46,877 nucleotides of DNA from Spirogloea muscicola (Eukaryota): contig WELB01000017.1 in assembly GCA_009602725.1 (NCBI GenBank), forward strand, positions 387,421 through 434,297, in the 5' to 3' direction. The notes under the pieces were generated by a model. That model made no database searches and was not told the DNA's origin. It saw only the letters and a program-made list of their open reading frames with translations. Numbering within the stretch: position 1 is the first letter of the stretch; each line of letters starts with the position of its first letter. A program made the translations under genes and the position numbers. This document shows positions 46,590-46,877 of the stretch, one piece after another.

Positions 46590-46877
46590 ACTGGCAATGG
46601 GCGGCGGACCTTGACCTCGATGCGGTTCACCGGCAGGAGGCACTCCCTCTCCTGCGCCATGCGCCGCGGTGGGCGCGCCCACACCTGCGCCGCGCCCTCC
46701 ACCCCGTTCTGCAGCGTCGACCACAGGGACGCTGCAGCCTGGAAGGTCTTCATCCTCTTCCCCAGGCTGCTGCTTGGGCGAGCACCCCCCCAGGGCCACG
46801 GCCAAGTCCGCCAGCTGCTCCTGGACCGCATCTACCTCTTTGAGTGCGGGCGATGGGAGGAGCTCCTGGCGCGGCAC
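46590..46877 (+). mobile_element. Probable pre-RT N-terminal region of a CRE/RLE-like non-LTR element, frameshifted at ~46715 and running off the window
   Basis: WQWAADLDLDAV...LRRALHPVLQ, then in the +1 frame AAAWKVFILFPRLLLGRAP...LLDRIYLFECGRWEELL. This resembles the W..F.L.PR.LL...R...F..G.W..L block that precedes RT in such elements. Recognised by eye. Confidence 0.55.

Overview
Eukaryotic, GC-rich, intron-dense plant-lineage DNA. Gene content and intron style suggest a streptophyte alga, but this is inference. Host genes: a complete 14-exon CSLC glycosyltransferase (84-4970 +); a 10-exon LRR receptor kinase with an LRR-X (BRI1/EMS1/PSKR)-like kinase (13652-18454 +); URT1 uridylyltransferase with a GC-AG intron (24322-27280 +, 5' partial); two RPA32 exons; an intronless ORF resembling a degenerate microbial-type terpene synthase C-terminal half (30375-31031 +); and an 18-exon YAK1/DYRK kinase (32418-39967 -). 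Intergenic DNA is dominated by nested, 5'-truncated RLE/CRE-like non-LTR retrotransposons. At least 15 copies of their C-terminal region are present, most ending LL[ST]R[GN]Y*. Their diverged subfamilies share a covarying 3' RNA hairpin, which also occurs alone as 61-86 bp inserts with TSDs and appears to be an insertion target for other copies. The window also holds a frameshifted, intronless C5 DNA methyltransferase with a fold-back inverted duplication, and a Ty1-copia derivative whose integrase and RT core are replaced by Gln-rich repeats. Four single Ns (13525, 24321, 30374, 39992) are probable assembly gaps. All exon boundaries were read by eye.
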